Of a stretch of DNA of 64,000 nt, positions 12,106 to 24,558 are shown one piece after another. The stretch spans positions 50,656,001 through 50,720,000 of the forward strand of contig NC_086108.1 in the NCBI RefSeq assembly GCF_963921235.1, written 5' to 3'. Under the pieces are notes generated by a model. The model had not been told where the DNA came from and ran no database searches. It saw only the letters and a list, made by a program, of their open reading frames with translations. Within the stretch, counting starts at the first letter, position 1; the number at the start of each line of letters is the position of its first letter. Source of the DNA: Mobula hypostoma (lineage: Eukaryota). Both the position numbers and the translations under genes were made by a program.

Positions 12106-13049
12106 TAAAAAAAATTAGGGTAAATAAGTCCCTACAGCCTGACAAGGTGTTCTTTCAGACCTAGTGCAGAAATTGCAGAGGAATTTAAAACATCTTTAGC
12201 TATGAATGAAGTGTTGGAGCATTGGAAGATAGTTGAAGGATAGTTAAAGTTGTTCTGTAGTTCAAGAAAGACTCTAAGAATAAGTCAGGAAATGATAGGT
12301 TGGCAAGCGGAATGTCAGGTGTGGGTAAGTTATTGGAAAGTATTCTAAGGGACAGGGTATGTACTGTTTTTTGAGGAGGTTACCAGTAAAGTTGATGAAG
12401 AATGTTGTCAACACGGACTTCAGCAAAGCCTTTGACAAATTCCCGCATGGGAGGCTGGTCCAGAATGTTCAGGCGCTCGGCATTCAGAATGAAGTAGTCA
12501 ACTGGGTTCAACATTGGCTTAGTGGGAGAAGCCAGCGAGAGGTAGTAGATGGTTGCCTCTGACTGGAGGTCTGTGAAGAATGGTGTGCTGGGACTGTTGC
12601 TGTTTTTTCATCTAGATTAATGACTTGGTAAACTAGATCAGCAAATTTGCAGATGACACCAATATTAGGGGTGTAGAGGACAACAAAGGCTATCAAAGCT
12701 TGCAGCAGGATTTGGACTGGCTGGAAAATAGGATGAAAAATGGCAGATAGAATTCAATATAGACAAGTGTGAGGGTGTGATTATTCAGGCAGTGGGAAAA
12801 TCAGCCCTCTTGTGCTTCTTGATCTTGTCACTCCAGATTCTGTGTCACACATTCCCGCCACTTCGATCTGGCCCATGTCTTCATTATCTGGGTCCAACAC
12901 TTGCTTTTACTGGGATCATCCTACTCTTTACACAACTTTTAAGGTTTATGGTTATGAATATGCTAAGTTGAAGGGGTTATTACTTATGTCTAATGTGGGG
13001 GGTGATGTTGGATCATAGGGAATGAGTGCTGAGATGTGAACATGTCCAG

Positions 13050-13245
13050 ACAAGGGTTTGTGGAACTGTGTAGCTAAGGGTTTGTGGGGGTGTTAAGCTG
13101 AGGGCTTGTGAGAGGTGTGTAGCTATGGGTTTGTGGAGGTGTGCAGCTAATGGTTTGAGGGGGTGTTAAGCTGAGAGCTTGTTGGCGTGTTAAGCTAAGG
13201 GTTTGTGGAGGTGTGTAGCTAATGGTTTGTGTGAGTGTGTGGGCC
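13050..13245. repeat. ~23-24-bp minisatellite (GGGTTTGTGGAGGTGTGTAGCTAA-like), about 8 degenerate units
   Basis: Tandem units visible directly; followed by TTAGGG-like hexamers at 13249-13280. Confidence 0.85.
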
Positions 13246-13724
13246 ATCATTAGGATTTGGATTAGGGGTAGGTTTAGGGTGCAATTGAGCGGAGAGTGAG
13301 AGAATTATCCTTCTTGTGCTTGATCTTGTCACTGGTGCACAAACTATGTAGGACTTACATCGTGAATTATAGGGCACTGGGGAGTGTGATAGAATGAGGG
13401 ATCTGGGAATACAGATACATAATTCCCTGAAGGTGATTTCACAGGTAAAGAGAGCTTTTCACAGTTCTTCTTCTCCATAGGTCACCAACAGATCCTTCCT
13501 CTCCACTGGGATGGGGTCTCTGGAGCTCTTGTTGGTGTTTCTGTAGCTCCAAGATTTTACAGGATGGGGTTGCTATCCCCATGTCCGACCCTCCTCCCTT
13601 CTCAGCCAGGCTTGGGATCATCGATGGCAGAGTGTTTTTTGGCACATTTGCCTTCATAAAGCATAGTGAGTGCAGGAGTTGGGAAGTTATGTTGAAGTTG
13701 CATAAGATATTGGTGAGGACACAT

Positions 13725-14570
13725 TTCAAAAGTTTAAAGTTCAAAGCAAATTTATTATCAAAGTACCTATATGCCACCATATATATCCCAGAGGTCCATT
13801 TTCTTGTGGGCAATCATGGTAAGTACAAGAAACACAATAGAATCAGCGAAAGACCATATTCATCAGGAGGGACGAACAACCAACGGGCAAAAAACAACGA
13901 AAATACTAAATACTAAAAGAAAAACATGGAATAAATAAATAAACAAACAAACGAATGAATGAATGAAAGAATAGATAAATAAATCAATCAACAAATATCA
14001 AGAACATGAGAAATAATTATAATACATCAATCAACAAGTAACAAATATTGAGAACATAAGATGAAGAGTCCTTGAATGTGAGTCCATAGGTTATGGGAAC
14101 GGTTCAGTGATGGGGCAAGTGAAGTTGAGTGAAGTTATCTCCTCTGGTTCAAGAGCCTGATGGTCGAGGGATAATAACTGTTCCTGAACCTGGTGGTATG
14201 AGTACTGAGGTTCCTCTACCTTTTCCCTGATGACAGCAGCAAGAAGAGAACATGACCTTGATGGGGGCGGGCAGGTATCCAGTACTTGTCGTAGGTTTTT
14301 CTTTTCAAGGGTGTTGGTGTTTCCATACCAGGGTCTGATACAACTAGTCAATATACTCTCCACCAGACATCTATAGAAGTATGTCTGTTTTAGGTAACAT
14401 GCTGAATCTTCGCAAACTTATAAGAAAATGGAGGCACTGTCATGCTTCCTTTGTAATTGCACTCATGTGCTGGATCCAGGATAGATCCTCTGAAATGATA
14501 ACACCGAGGAATTTAAAGTTGTGGACCCCCCTCCACCTCTGATTCCCCAATGAGGACTCATAGAACTCCA
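13725..14570 (-). mobile_element. Rex1/Babar-type LINE 3' fragment
   Basis: ORF 14091-14363 (ESILTSCI..WYGN); TTTGAAC-like tail near 13725-13750. Confidence 0.8.
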
Positions 14571-15099
14571 GTTAATACATTTAGATTATTGTGTGTAGTT
14601 CTGGTCACTTACCTATGGGAAAGATATCAATAAGATTTGAAGAGTACAGAGAAAATGTGTAAGGATTTTGCCAGGACTTAAAGACCTGAATTATAGAAAA
14701 AGGTTGAATAGGTTAGGACATTTTTCCCTGGAGGTTAGAAGAATGAGGGGAGATTGATGGAGGTATACAAAATTATGAATGGTAATGTAAATATAAGTAG
14801 GCTTTTACTACTGAGGTTGGGTGAGACTAGAACTAGAGATCATAGATTAAGGGTGAAAGGTGAAATATTTTAGGGGCCAATCCTGAGAGGGAACTTATTC
14901 ATTCAGAGGGTGGTGCAAGTGTGGAACGAGCTGCCAGCGGAAGTGGTGGAAGCAGGTTCGACTGCAACATTTAAAAGAAGTTTGGATAAGTACATGGATG
15001 GGAAGGGTATTTGAGGGCTATGGTCCAGGTTTGAGTCAATGGAACTAGGCAGAGTAACAGTTCAGCTTGCACTAGATGGGCCAAATGGCCCATTTCTGT

Positions 15100-16400
15100 G
15101 CTCAGAAGATCAAGCAGCGTTGTTACAAAAGATTAACAGAATCAACGCTTCAGGTTCAGAGCTCCTCTTCAGAAGTCAGCAAAATTAAATCTGAAGAAAA
15201 GCAGAGGGAGAGGTGGAGAGTATAAAGGGGACTGGCTACGCTACAGTAAATTGGTTTATTAATGACACATAGCAAGATACAGTGAAAAGCTTGTCTTGCA
15301 TATTGTTGATACATATAAATTCGTCAAAACAGTGCAGGGTAAAGGCCGAGAGACTGACTGAGAGAGTGGTTATGCTGGCTGCACGGGAAGTAAAGAGATG
15401 AATAAGACAGAAACAGATTTTAAAGAATAATGCTGAAACTGTGAAATGTAAAATACCACAGATTTTGGAAATGTGAAATTAAAAAAAAGAGAACACAGAA
15501 CATATTAAGCAAGACTGCTGTGAAGAGAGAAAAATTGAGCTAATAATGCAGGTTGATGACCTTATATCAGAACTGGTCAATACAGAAAGAAATCCGGCAA
15601 GAATGGTTCCCTGAAATGATTAAATTCATGGAAGTTCTAAGAGCTATTTGTGTGTGCCTTTTGAGGAAATGAGATGTTGTTCTTTAAGTGGTCTCGGTCT
15701 GAAACGTCGACTGTACTTCTTCCCATAGATGCTGCCTGGCCTGCTGTGTTCCACCGGCATTGTGTGTGTGTGTTGCTTGCTGATCTTTAAACTTATATTT
15801 GGCTTTGATAGAAGAGACTGTGAGGCAAAAGGCAGGGAGATCATACTGGGAGTGGGATGGAGAATTAAAGTAATTTGCAGCTGGTGACTTGGAGTCCTTT
15901 TGCTATTTATGGTGCTGTCAATAACAGCACAATTCTTTTGAAACAGTATTTGCTGTAGTTAATATCGCTGTATGGTGGTCACCCAACTTGTATTTGGTTC
16001 TCAAGTTTAAAGGAAAGCACCTTCTGAGCACTGAATGCATTAGACTGGAAGAAGTACAAGTGAATCGTTGCTTCATTTAGAAGGGCTATTTTTTTCAAAA
16101 GAAGAAGTGTTGGAAACTCTCAATAGATTATGTGGCATCCTTTTCTAGGAAAATAGAAGTTACCTCTGTTTCTGCTTCCACAGATGCCACTTGACAAGCT
16201 GAGTGTCGCAGATTTTCAGCATGAGCAGCTTTTAAAGATATTCAGGATTATTTTGGATCCCTGATGTTAGGAAGGGAAGGTGTTGCACCTCCTGCATTTG
16301 TATGAGAAAATGCTTTGAGAAAGAAAGATGGAGGTGGAAGGATAGACCAAGGAATCAGAAAGGTAGCGGGGTGGGGTGTCTGTCAGAATGTTGAAAGAAG
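15100..16400. mobile_element. Mosaic of old PLE 3' fragments
   Basis: Degenerate PLE tail motifs such as GGTCTCGGTCTGAAACGTCGACTG at about 15690 and decayed GIY-YIG-region similarity on the minus strand. Confidence 0.55.
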
Positions 16401-16402
16401 GA

Positions 16403-16957
16403 GGAATGATATTGTATCCGTTAAATAGGGGCCATGGCCAATTCTGATTTGATGGAGATAGACGTGAAAGCACGAGGAACAACTGGAGAAATTTCTGAAA
16501 CGCCAGTTCGCTGCTGTTTTTACTGCGCGGTCGGGAAGCCTCAAAATCCCTGGCTTTGCCTGCTATTGGCGACCGAGATTGAGGTCGAATCGTTCAGACA
16601 GAGATGGCGCTCAGTACTCGGTGTCAGAGAGCTGATCGGAGGCTCAAAGTTTTCGGATGACTCAGAGTCGGACTGTGGTCAGTATGGCAGGGAGAGTTTT
16701 TCTTCCTTCTCCCATCTGCATGAGATGTGGGACATTTGAAAGACTTTGAACTTTTTACTGTGCTCATTGACTTCTTCATCAAGTTATGGTATTGTTGCAC
16801 TGTTGTAACTATATGTTATAATTATGTGGTTTTAGTTTTTTCAGTCTTGGTCTGTCCTGTGTTTTGTGATATCACACTGGAGGAAATATTGTATCATTTC
16901 TTAATGCATGCATTACTAAATGACAATAAAAGAGGACTGATTGTCTTCATAATCTAA
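16403..16957 (+). mobile_element. Non-autonomous retroposon, copy 1 (5'-truncated)
   Basis: Colinear with 20522-21197 and with the reverse complement of 30305-30980; ends ATGACAATAAAAGAGGACTG...CATAATCT. Confidence 0.85.
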
Positions 16958-18379
16958 AGAAGTGTCTGGTGGTGCAGTTTTGCTGAAGATGATGGCAATT
17001 GTTCAAGTTGTTGCATTGTGTAGAATCCGTTGTTTTATCCTCTCTTGAAATGCCAAATTCAAGAATAAGAGAACTCCCATTCCCAACTATCCCAATAGCT
17101 CTGATCTGTCTGTGAGGAACAGAGCAGCAAAGCTGTGTGAAAGCAAGATGTAGGTGGTGGAAGTGAGGAAGGTATGTGCCAACAGAAAGGTCAGGAAAAT
17201 GCATGTACTTCTCTTCCTTCTCCTCTGTGTGGTGAGCATTTACTGGTAGGAAATTAGATTATGAAATCCCTTTGTTGCTGTTTCAGCTGTAACTCAAACA
17301 CGTGCTCTGCTCATCAGTAAACTGCTGCAATCCTTCTTCAACCATTTCTCTGATGATAGTGAGGTAAAATGCATGATTCTCCATTCCCCCAACAACCACT
17401 CCCCCCTCCTAAGTACAGGAATGGAATGTGTTCAGAAAGGTAGATGATCAATACATAGCGATGAATCAGGGTATGAAGGAAATTCACACTGTGTTAAAAG
17501 ATCAGCCATGGTCTTATTGAATAATGGAGCATTTTTGAGCAACGGAATGGCCTACATCAGCTTTTATTTCTAATGTACCTTCCATATATATTCTTATATC
17601 TCTTATCACTCAGAGTTGCATAAATCAAGCATGACCAGAGGCAGGCTCACAGCAAGTGGTTCATCTTTGAATCATGCCAAAACCTGTAACGGGAACTAAT
17701 CCAATCTGGCTCATAGATCGTTGCACTCAGAAACAACTTCAACCCAAGCACCAGGACAGAGCTGAATGAGACAATTAAAAAAAAATGTAAAGATGGAAGC
17801 CAATTTATGCAGAAAGTGACAAGAGGATTTGATACATCTGGGGTGGGGGGCGCGAGCATGAATTGCAAAAAAACAAGACCATAACGATAAAAAAAATCAG
17901 AACTTAGAGATTTTAATTTAAAGCCAAACTTATTATACAGCCAGTTTTGAACATTGCAGATTCTATTTTTAAGAATATTCTGCATTAATTAAATGTCATC
18001 ATAAATAATAGAAGAATTATATCAGTTTCATAAGTGTGGAAAAACTGCCAAAATTAGTTTCATACAAAGGTACTTGCATTTTTGGGGAAGGTTTTATTTA
18101 CAATGTTGTTGTTCCATTTCGCTTTGGAAAGGAACCCAATCCTTCTTTGCAAGCTTTCAATTTTTTAGTGACCTGAAACTGCTGTGCAGGCTAGATCAAC
18201 ACAGAAATTGCAACAGTTAGTACAAGGAAGCAGCATGCACGGGCTCAGTATTAACACACAGTCACAGGTTTAAGATGCCACTTTGCACAAGATGTTTATA
18301 TGTATCAAATAAACTATTGACAATAAAAAATATTTACAAGAATAAATTGTGCAATACTTTTCATACCCGCTGAGCTGCT

Positions 18380-18826
18380 GAGGCCTCCATCGGTCAGAGC
18401 TGACCATGGATATTGTGTTCTAGCTATCTAGCTACGCAAGCCTGGGCAGCACGATATGGAGAGCAAGCTCTCCCTCTCCACGCATCTGATAAACCCAAAG
18501 GACGGCAGAGACCGATACAGTTTGGTACCAGCAGCATCGCAGGAGTTGCCAGTCAGCTTTGAACTCAATGTAGGACTGACTTAGGGACTCCAGCTCTGGG
18601 TTTACTCCCAAAGCCTTTCCCATGAGTGGGTATAGCCGCAAGGCAGTGGAGGTTTGAGATCAGAGTTTTCCTTCTCCTAGGTGAGCTGCCAACCAGGAGC
18701 CCCATATGCCCAAAGCAACTAGTTTTAAGGCACCTGCCTTTACCCCTTCTCCTGTCAGTAGAAATGGTTCTGCTGGGCTTAGTAGCTAAGCCACGTGTGA
18801 AGGCCAGGAGGTGGACTTGGTTGTCC
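18380..18826 (-). mobile_element. Non-autonomous RTE/Vingi-like retroposon
   Basis: RTE-like 5'-UTR motif GGTTGGCAGCTCACCTAGGAGAAGGAAAACTCTGA; its 3' part shares blocks with the SINE at 33493-33788. Confidence 0.55.
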
Positions 18827-20131
18827 AATGGTTACATTCATAGGTTAATGGATTATCTTGTGTTCTATTACATTCTATAAAACCAATAGGACTGGTGCCA
18901 CTCATGTGGCTCCCTGACGTGGTAGGTTACTACAATAATTGAGGGTCTTCCTCACCCAGCCTGGCTTTTCCTGTCCAGTATTGGAAGCACCCTGTACCAT
19001 GGTCCTTCCCCAAGGAGCCCTTGCAGTGGCTGTGTCACTTTGCACAAGATATTGAAAAAGAATGAACAATTATAATAAGCACTCTTCAAATGATCAAATA
19101 AAGCTTCATAGAGATGACCTGTCACCCCATTAAGTTTGTGGTAGTTATTTTTCGAGCAATCCACTTTGTTTTTACAACGGTTTATGATTCTCTTTTGAAA
19201 ACGTCTCTTCAGTCTGTTTCTGTGCACTACAAGACAGTAGTTTCCAGCCCTAATCATTCACTTATTTTAGTTCTTTCAGCTGCCACTTTAAATCTATACT
19301 TGCTCTTCAATCATGGAAAGTAAATTACCTTTAACTAAACTATTTATGATTTTAAAGAGCTCTATCTAATTTCTCTTGTGTTTTTTTTCTGTTCTGAAGA
19401 CCAGCAAAATACTAAACTGGAATTGCCAAGATCATTGCATTTGTAGAGGTTGCTCTCAGTGCCCAGCTGTAGGTGCACACAAACAACCTTCGTCTGCGGA
19501 CAGAGGGGTGAACTCGATGACCAGAGGATGGCGGTTGTCGGGTAGGGTCACTGACCAGAGGATTCAGCTGAGGAGGAGGAGTTGATGATTAGGGAACAAG
19601 TTGAAGGTAAAGGTTGGGCGAGTCAGAGCCACAGATGATTACATTCCAAAGATCTTCCCCTGCCACAGGCAAAAACATAGCCAATGGGGCTCTGTAAGAT
19701 TTGAACTTTTACTTTTTGGAACATGTTCTGTGATCTTGAAGGAGCGGATTCACTTTCTGGTGATTGAAAAGAAATGGCATCCATTAAAGAGATACAAGGG
19801 TGCCACAGCTATGTCTACACAGCCAGCTGAGCAACCCAGTTCCCAAACAGACAAGCAGGCAGGGAACACTTAGTCCCAGCTTTCTGAACTCTGAAGCTGA
19901 ATCCAAAATTTGCAGCACTTTGATGTGCCTCCCTCTACCTTTCCTGTCACAGTCATCTGGTCTGCAGAATTTTTTTTCTTTATTTCATTCTCCAGAGAGA
20001 GGAAGTTATTAATTCACTTGTAGATAGGTCTCTCCCAGTAAAACCTAGGAAGATTATTTAACAAATGGGCCCTTAAACTAAATTACAGGAAGTTCACAGT
20101 TTCTTACTCGAACAATTATCTTGTTTGTTAC

Positions 20132-20366
20132 CTTTAAGTTTCTTCATATTTGGAAAGAGTAAGCTCCAGGAATCAGTAGCATTGTACATGCAGACAGAAG
20201 ATGAAACTTGTCATGTGAAAGGGAAACAGCTGGGCATGGCTACACCAGCTGCAGAATTTGCACAGTGCAAGTCAATAAGCTGTGATGTAAATGAATCAAC
20301 AACTATTCTTGCCAGTATTCTGAGCTTCCATTCTTCATCAGTACTCTCTTGAGTGAATGTCACATC
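20132..20366 (-). other. Candidate 235-nt exon or pseudo-exon
   Basis: Long pyrimidine tract ending ttttccaag as acceptor, AAG|gtaaca as donor; frame 0 has 78 codons with one TGA. No homology recognised. Confidence 0.25.
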
Positions 20367-20521
20367 CTTGGAAAATAACGAGTAAAAGAAAAAACACAGG
20401 GTTGTTTACTCCATGTCAGATTGAAGATACCAAAGGTTTGATGCCCTATTCACGTCAAATGACCAATGCAACATACTCGCATGACAAATTTGTTCAACGT
20501 TGGGGCCAGGGAAGGAGGGGA

Positions 20522-21197
20522 GGAGAAGATGGTGGCGCGACGCACGCGTGCGGCTGCTCCGAAATGATATTGTATTTGTTAAGTAGGGGCCGTGCACAAT
20601 CCTGATTTGATGGAGACAGACGTGAGAAGCACGGAGGAACATCTGGAGAAACTTCTGAAATGCCTGCTTCGCCGCCATTGCCACTGTGCGATCGAGAACC
20701 TCTGGAGGGGAAGGCCCCAAATCCTCGGCTTTGCCTATTGCCTGTTGCTAGGGCCAGGGTCAGAGCACTCGGCAGAGATGGTGCTCGGTGCTCGGGGTCG
20801 GAGGGCTAGTCGGAGGCTCGAAGTTTTCGGATGGACTCAGGAGTCGGCTGTGCTCGGGTGCTTCCAGGATGCTGCATCGGCAAGTTTACGGTGCTGGAGG
20901 TTCATGGCAGGAAGAGAGTTTCTCTCTCTTCCTTCTACTGTCTGCGTAAGATATGGGACTTGCAAGAGACTTTGAGACTTTTTTTTTTACCGTGCCCATG
21001 GTCTGTTCTTTATCAAATTATGGTATTGCTTTGCACTGTTGTAACCATATGTTATAATTATGTGGTTTTTGTCAGTTTTTTTTAGTCTTGGTTTGTCTTG
21101 TGTTTCTGTGATATCATTCTGGAGGAACATTGTATCATTTCTTAATACATGCATTATTAAATGATAATAAAAGAGAACCGCCAGTCCTCATAATCTA
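20522..21197 (+). mobile_element. Non-autonomous retroposon, copy 2 (apparently full length)
   Basis: Starts GGAGAAGATGGTGGCG; colinear with the other two copies; TAATCT tail. Confidence 0.85.
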
Positions 21198-21444
21198 AAA
21201 AAAAATCCTTGTTTGAGCTTCCAATGTGTTCCAGAAGTGCAGATCATAAAATTTCTCAGGGTTTACCCAAGATTTAATAACAGTGAAATGCTGATCAGTG
21301 CTCTGGCATCTACAAGTTTTCGTGAAAGGAATGTTATTTCAATCCCTTCAATAGTCTTGCCTCTCTTTGACTATATAAACAAGTTGTCTTCTAAATAGCC
21401 AGGTGAGACCAGGAACAGATCACAATGTAAACTCATTTATCTAC

Positions 21445-21975
21445 GTTAAACCTATGCTCCGTCCACCAGAAACTGTGGGATCTCCTGGTGGCCACCTATT
21501 TCAATTTTACTTCACATTCCTATTCTGTCGTGTCAGTCCATGACCTCCTCTACTGCTTGATGAGGCCACACTCAATGTGAAGGGGCAACACCTGATATTT
21601 CATCTGGGTAGCCTCCAACCTAATGGCATGAACATCAATTTCTCAAACTTCTGGTAATGGTCCCTCCTCTCCACCATTTTCCATTCCTATTTCCTTCTCT
21701 CACCTTTACTCTCTCTCCTGACTTGCCTATCACCTCTCTCTGGTGCTCTTTCCCTTTCCTTTTTTTTTCTATGGTCTTCTACCCTCTCCTATTAGATTCC
21801 CCCTTCTCTAGCCCTTTCTATCTTTCACCAATCAACTTCAGATTACACTTATCACTTACCACCTTCCCACCCTCTTACTCTGACTTCTCACCTATTTTTT
21901 CCAGTCCTGCTGAAGGGTCTCGACCCCAAATGTCGACTGTTTACTCTTTTCCATAGATGCTGTCTGACCTGCTGG
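21445..21975 (+). mobile_element. PLE 3' fragment with a mutated hammerhead
   Basis: GIY-YIG C-terminal similarity (CATCTGGGTAGCCTCCAACC); CAGTCCTGCTGAAGGG...TGTCGACTG at about 21902-21939. Confidence 0.8.
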
Positions 21976-22599
21976 GAATATCTGACCTATAAGATTAATT
22001 TAGACTTTCTCTCTTTCCTCTGGTGCTGCCTGACTAATTGGAGTTTTTCCAGCAACTGCTGTGATCGGCATCTCAATTTCAGCAATTTAAAAAATACTTT
22101 CACTCCAACTTTCCTCATTCTTCTCCATCTGACTGCATACCTTCCAGTGAATCAGCTTTTATGCAGTCAGGAGTACTGAAAGCGATTATGCCTCTTTTTG
22201 GTCTCTACTTCATCACAACATTCCCCTTGTTTTCTCTACCTTGGCTCTCTTTGCAACTTCAAGCATATTTGATTTCTCAGTTTTCCAGCTGTGATGAAGG
22301 CTTCTTGCCTATCCTTACAGATTTCAATCTGTTGGTCAAGAAGTCAAGGATCCAGTTGCAGAGGGAGGAATTTGGAGAGGAGTTTCTTTGGAATTATAGT
22401 ATTGAAGGTAGAACAATTGTCTAATATAGAGCAACACACACAAAATGCTGGAGGAGCTCAGTAAGTCAGGGGAATAAATAGTATTTCTCTGTCCTGGAGT
22501 TCCTCCAGCATTTTATGCGCATTGCTCTGGACTTACAGTATCTGCAGAATCTCTTGTTTTTATAATAGTCTAACGGAGGTATCTTTACTGTCCAGATAC

Positions 22600-23475
22600 T
22601 CCAGAGGTGAGTATAGAGCCAAGGAATACAGGAAAGAAATGGAGAGCCTCGTGACTTGGTGTCATGACAGCAACCTTTCCCTCAATGTCAGTAAAACAAA
22701 GGACTGGTCACTAACTTCAGGAAGGGTTTGGATGGTGATGTGTCTTCTCCTGTTTAGATCAACAGTGTTGAAGTTGAGAGTTTCAAGTTACAAGGAGTGA
22801 GCATCACCAATAGTCAATCCTGGTGCAACCACATTGATATTACAGCCAGAAAGCTCACCAATGCCTCTAGATTCTGAGGGGGCTAAAGAAATTCAGAGAG
22901 TCCGCTTTGACCCCAACTGGTCTTTAATAAAGCACCATAGAAAGCATCCTTCTCCCAATGCATCAAGATTTGATATGGCAATTGCTCTGCCCATGATCAC
23001 AGGAAACTGCAGAGAATTCTGCATACAGCTCAGCACATCACAGAAACCAGCCCCATGGGCTCTATCTGTACTTCTCATTGCCTCATTAAAGATACCAGCA
23101 TGACCAAAAATTCCACCTACACTGGACATTCAATCTTTCTACCCCCTCCTATTGGGCAGAAGATAGAAAAGCCTTAAAGCATGTACTACCAGGTCCAGGA
23201 GGCAGCTCCTCTCTTGCTGTTATAAGACTATTGAATAGTTCCCTAGTGTAATAAGATGGATTCTCAAGCTTATAATCCACCTCATTATGACCTTGCACTG
23301 TCTACTGTCTACCTGCATTGCACTTTCTTCGTGCTGTAACATCTTTTTAACACACTGTTATTGATTTGTCTTGCACTACCTCAATGCGCTCTTGTAATTA
23401 AATCTATATGGATAATCTATATGCAAAGCAAGCTTTTCACCGTACCTCAATATATATGACAGTAAAAAACAATTT
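22600..23475 (+). mobile_element. Degraded Rex1/Babar-type LINE 3' half
   Basis: EYRKEMESLVTWCHDSNLSLNVSKTK, followed by a typical 3' UTR. Confidence 0.8.
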
Positions 23476-23975
23476 ACTAATGACTGACCTGAACCATTAA
23501 CTCTTTCTCCGCACTGCTTCTACCTGACTTGTTGAGTATTTTGAGTATTTTCTATTTAAGTTCAGTTTTCATGCATGTGCAGTTTTTTATAATGGAGTAA
23601 TCATATCAGATTTGTAACCATGAGACCACAGTACACAAAGTGCATATAAATGTCTTGCTCATGCAACCCCTGACAATAACATGGGAAAAGGTGAAGAGGT
23701 AATTCTGCACCTTTAATGGTTCCTGTGGATGAGAAATGAACGCTCATATACTGAAAGGCTGAGGCACGTCATGGGGGGGGGGGACAATTCCTGCCAGGAG
23801 ATAAGGCAAAAGCAAATGGGTCCACGAGATACAAGTGGCAGAAAATAATGATTGAAAATGTGGAAATGAACTATTCTGATGAAATATCCTTAACCTAGAA
23901 CATAAACTCTGCTACTTCCTCAACAGATGCTGCTCGGCACACTGAGCTTTTCCAGCACCTCCCACTTTCATTCCT

Positions 23976-24558
23976 CAGACATCCCACCTCTCCCGGAAGT
24001 TCCGGGAGTCTCCTGCATATTAATAGTGGCTCCCTGACGCCTGCAAATTATATACAATGTCACGGAAATCAATTTTTTGAAGAGAGCGAGAGCGAGAAAG
24101 CAAGGGCGATAGCGAGCACGAGTGAGCGTGGCCATGAGCGAGAGAGCGCGCGCGAGAGAGAGCGAGAGCAAGATCACGAGCGAGAGAGTTCCAAAAAAAG
24201 TCAGAGTGGCAGAGTGTTCCAAAAAAAGAAAATATAAAACGTATGTCACCCCAGACTACACTAAAGTGTACCGCTGACTAATAGGGGTCAAACATAATGA
24301 CAGTGTTGCTCACTGCACTGTTTGCAACAGTGACTTTTCTATTGCCCATGGTGGGTTAAGACTGTAAAAGACATGTTGAGGTGAGTTTTAAAGGTGTCAT
24401 TCGTTCATTAGTATAGCTAAAGTTATTTCAACTAGCTGGCTGGCTGCTAAGGAGCTACTCTATTGCAGACATCCCACCTCTCCCGAAAGTTCTGGGAGTG
24501 TCCCGCAAATTGATGGTGCTACCTCCCTGAAATGAGCTTTTGCAGGGTGGGATGTCTG
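23976..24558. mobile_element. MITE-like non-autonomous DNA transposon, copy 1
   Basis: TIRs CAGACATCCCACC / GGTGGGATGTCTG; flanks ATTCCT and ATTCTT; internal (GA/GCGA)n tract; inverted homologue at 59993-60592. Confidence 0.88.

Larger units (their letters stand above)
11200..15100 (+). mobile_element. Old CR1 ORF2 broken by four nested insertions
   Basis: Colinear CR1 segments at about 11200-11778, 12110-12778, 13335-13460, 13635-13722 and 14580-15100 ([25 protein letters not shown]). Confidence 0.8.

Noticed and set aside
13050..13245. CRISPR-like periodic repeat
   Set aside because: Contiguous degenerate units without unique spacers, eukaryotic context, no cas genes.
18770..18826. Ingi/L1Tc-type HDV ribozyme at the 5' end of the RTE/Vingi-like element
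   Set aside because: I could not find a P1 partner or a convincing P3/L3 arrangement.
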